Assembly (NCBI GenBank): GCA_050012475.1
Contig: JBEKHC010000075.1
Span: 1 to 26,296, forward strand
DNA: 26,296 nt
DNA from: Candidatus Velthaea sp.
GTDB lineage: Bacteria; Vulcanimicrobiota; Vulcanimicrobiia; Vulcanimicrobiales; Vulcanimicrobiaceae
Direction: 5' to 3'
In this document: one piece after another, positions 25,545 through 26,296 of the stretch
Position numbering within the stretch: the first letter of the stretch is position 1
Layout of the letters: each line of letters opens with the position of its first letter
Notes under the pieces: model-generated
Told to the model about the DNA's origin: nothing
Seen by the model: the letters and a program-made list of their open reading frames with translations, nothing else
Database searches by the model: none
Made by a program: the position numbers and the translations under genes

Positions 25545-26296
25545 CTAACGGTCCGTTTCTTTGACTTTCATGGCGGCAAGGGCGATAAATCCGTTCTTCT
25601 TGGCCAGATCCGCACTCTTTTGAACGAAGTCGATAAACTTCGCCGTGTCGCCCGCGGGCGCGCCGTTCGTGAACATATGTTCGTATGACCAGATCGGGTA
25701 TTTTCCGTTCACGATGTTGTCGTCGGTCGGAGCTACGCCGTCGATCGACAACTCGTTGACGCCTTGGCCCCGAGTTCCGGAGAATGCCGCATAGCTGACC
25801 GCGCCCGGCGTCTGTTTCACGACGCTGACCACGGTGCCCGTCGCGTCTTCGGTAAGACCGGATTCACTCACCGGCGTTCCGTCCATGATCGTCTTGGTGA
25901 AAACGGCGCGCGTCCCGGACGAACGCGGGCGGTTGATCACCACGATCTTTTGATCCGGGCCACCGACATCTTTCCAGTTGGTCGCCGTTCCCGTGAAGAT
26001 ATCTTGCAGCTGCTTCTTCGTCACGTTTTTGAGCGTCACGGTCGGATTGGTGACGACCGCGAAGCCGATGACCGCAACTTTGTTATCGACGAGTTCCGGA
26101 TGCGCGGGGGCGAGGATGTCCGAATCGCCGATGTCGATCGCTTTGCCGGCAACTTGGGAGATCCCGGTGCCCGAGCCCCCGCCTGAAACACTGATCTTGA
26201 CGTCCTTGTTCTGTTCCTGATAGACCCGCGCGGCGTCCAGCGCGAGCGGGAGCAATGCCGTTGAGCCGGCGATACTGATCGATCCCGCGGCAAACA
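25545..26296 (-). CDS. pstS: Phosphate ABC transporter substrate-binding protein (5' end outside the window)
   Basis: Frame open to the right edge (FAAGSISIAGSTALLPL). GGGSGTG, NRPRSSGTR and YPIWSYEHMFT motifs; first gene of the pstSCAB order. Confidence 0.95.
   Translation of the reverse strand, partial: FAAGSISIAGSTALLPLALDAARVYQEQNKDVKISVSGGGSGTGISQVAGKAIDIGDSDILAPAHPELVDNKVAVIGFAVVTNPTVTLKNVTKKQLQDIFTGTATNWKDVGGPDQKIVVINRPRSSGTRAVFTKTIMDGTPVSESGLTEDATGTVVSVVKQTPGAVSYAAFSGTRGQGVNELSIDGVAPTDDNIVNGKYPIWSYEHMFTNGAPAGDTAKFIDFVQKSADLAKKNGFIALAAMKVKETDR

Noticed and set aside
1..26296. Many long antisense or alternative-frame ORFs; mobile, phage or defence genes
   Set aside because: Shadow ORFs are expected in GC-rich coding DNA. 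No transposase, integrase, nuclease, RT, tRNA or rRNA signature was seen.

Overview
GC-rich bacterial chromosomal window. The gene families suggest Vulcanimicrobiota/Eremiobacterota (inference only). Left to right: the 5' end of a lipoprotein gene, a RimJ/RimL-type GNAT, a 3xPAS-GGDEF-EAL protein, two small proteins, and a TetR operon with a fused small-membrane-protein/acyltransferase-3 gene. Next is a cluster of two SnoaL-extended ECF sigma factors with a DUF899 gene, a 46-aa membrane peptide, a hypothetical gene and a VOC gene. Then come an orphan family-5 solute-binding protein, a Cys-paired secreted protein, an MCP, a Cache-HAMP-GGDEF-EAL protein, a 56-aa zinc-finger ORF, YbhB/YbcL plus an Mpr1-like GNAT, a secreted protein, a CarboxypepD_reg-like protein and pstSCAB (pstS truncated). 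I saw no mobile element, CRISPR, rRNA or tRNA. No unambiguous new system can be proven from sequence alone. The best candidates are: (1) a compact ECF regulon with a readable promoter motif (GCCCAGTTTC-N10/11-GTGTCNNTAT, two copies) next to an ECF41-type circuit; (2) a leaderless, double-operator TetR operon driving an unusual fusion protein; (3) several small ORFs absent from the ORF track.
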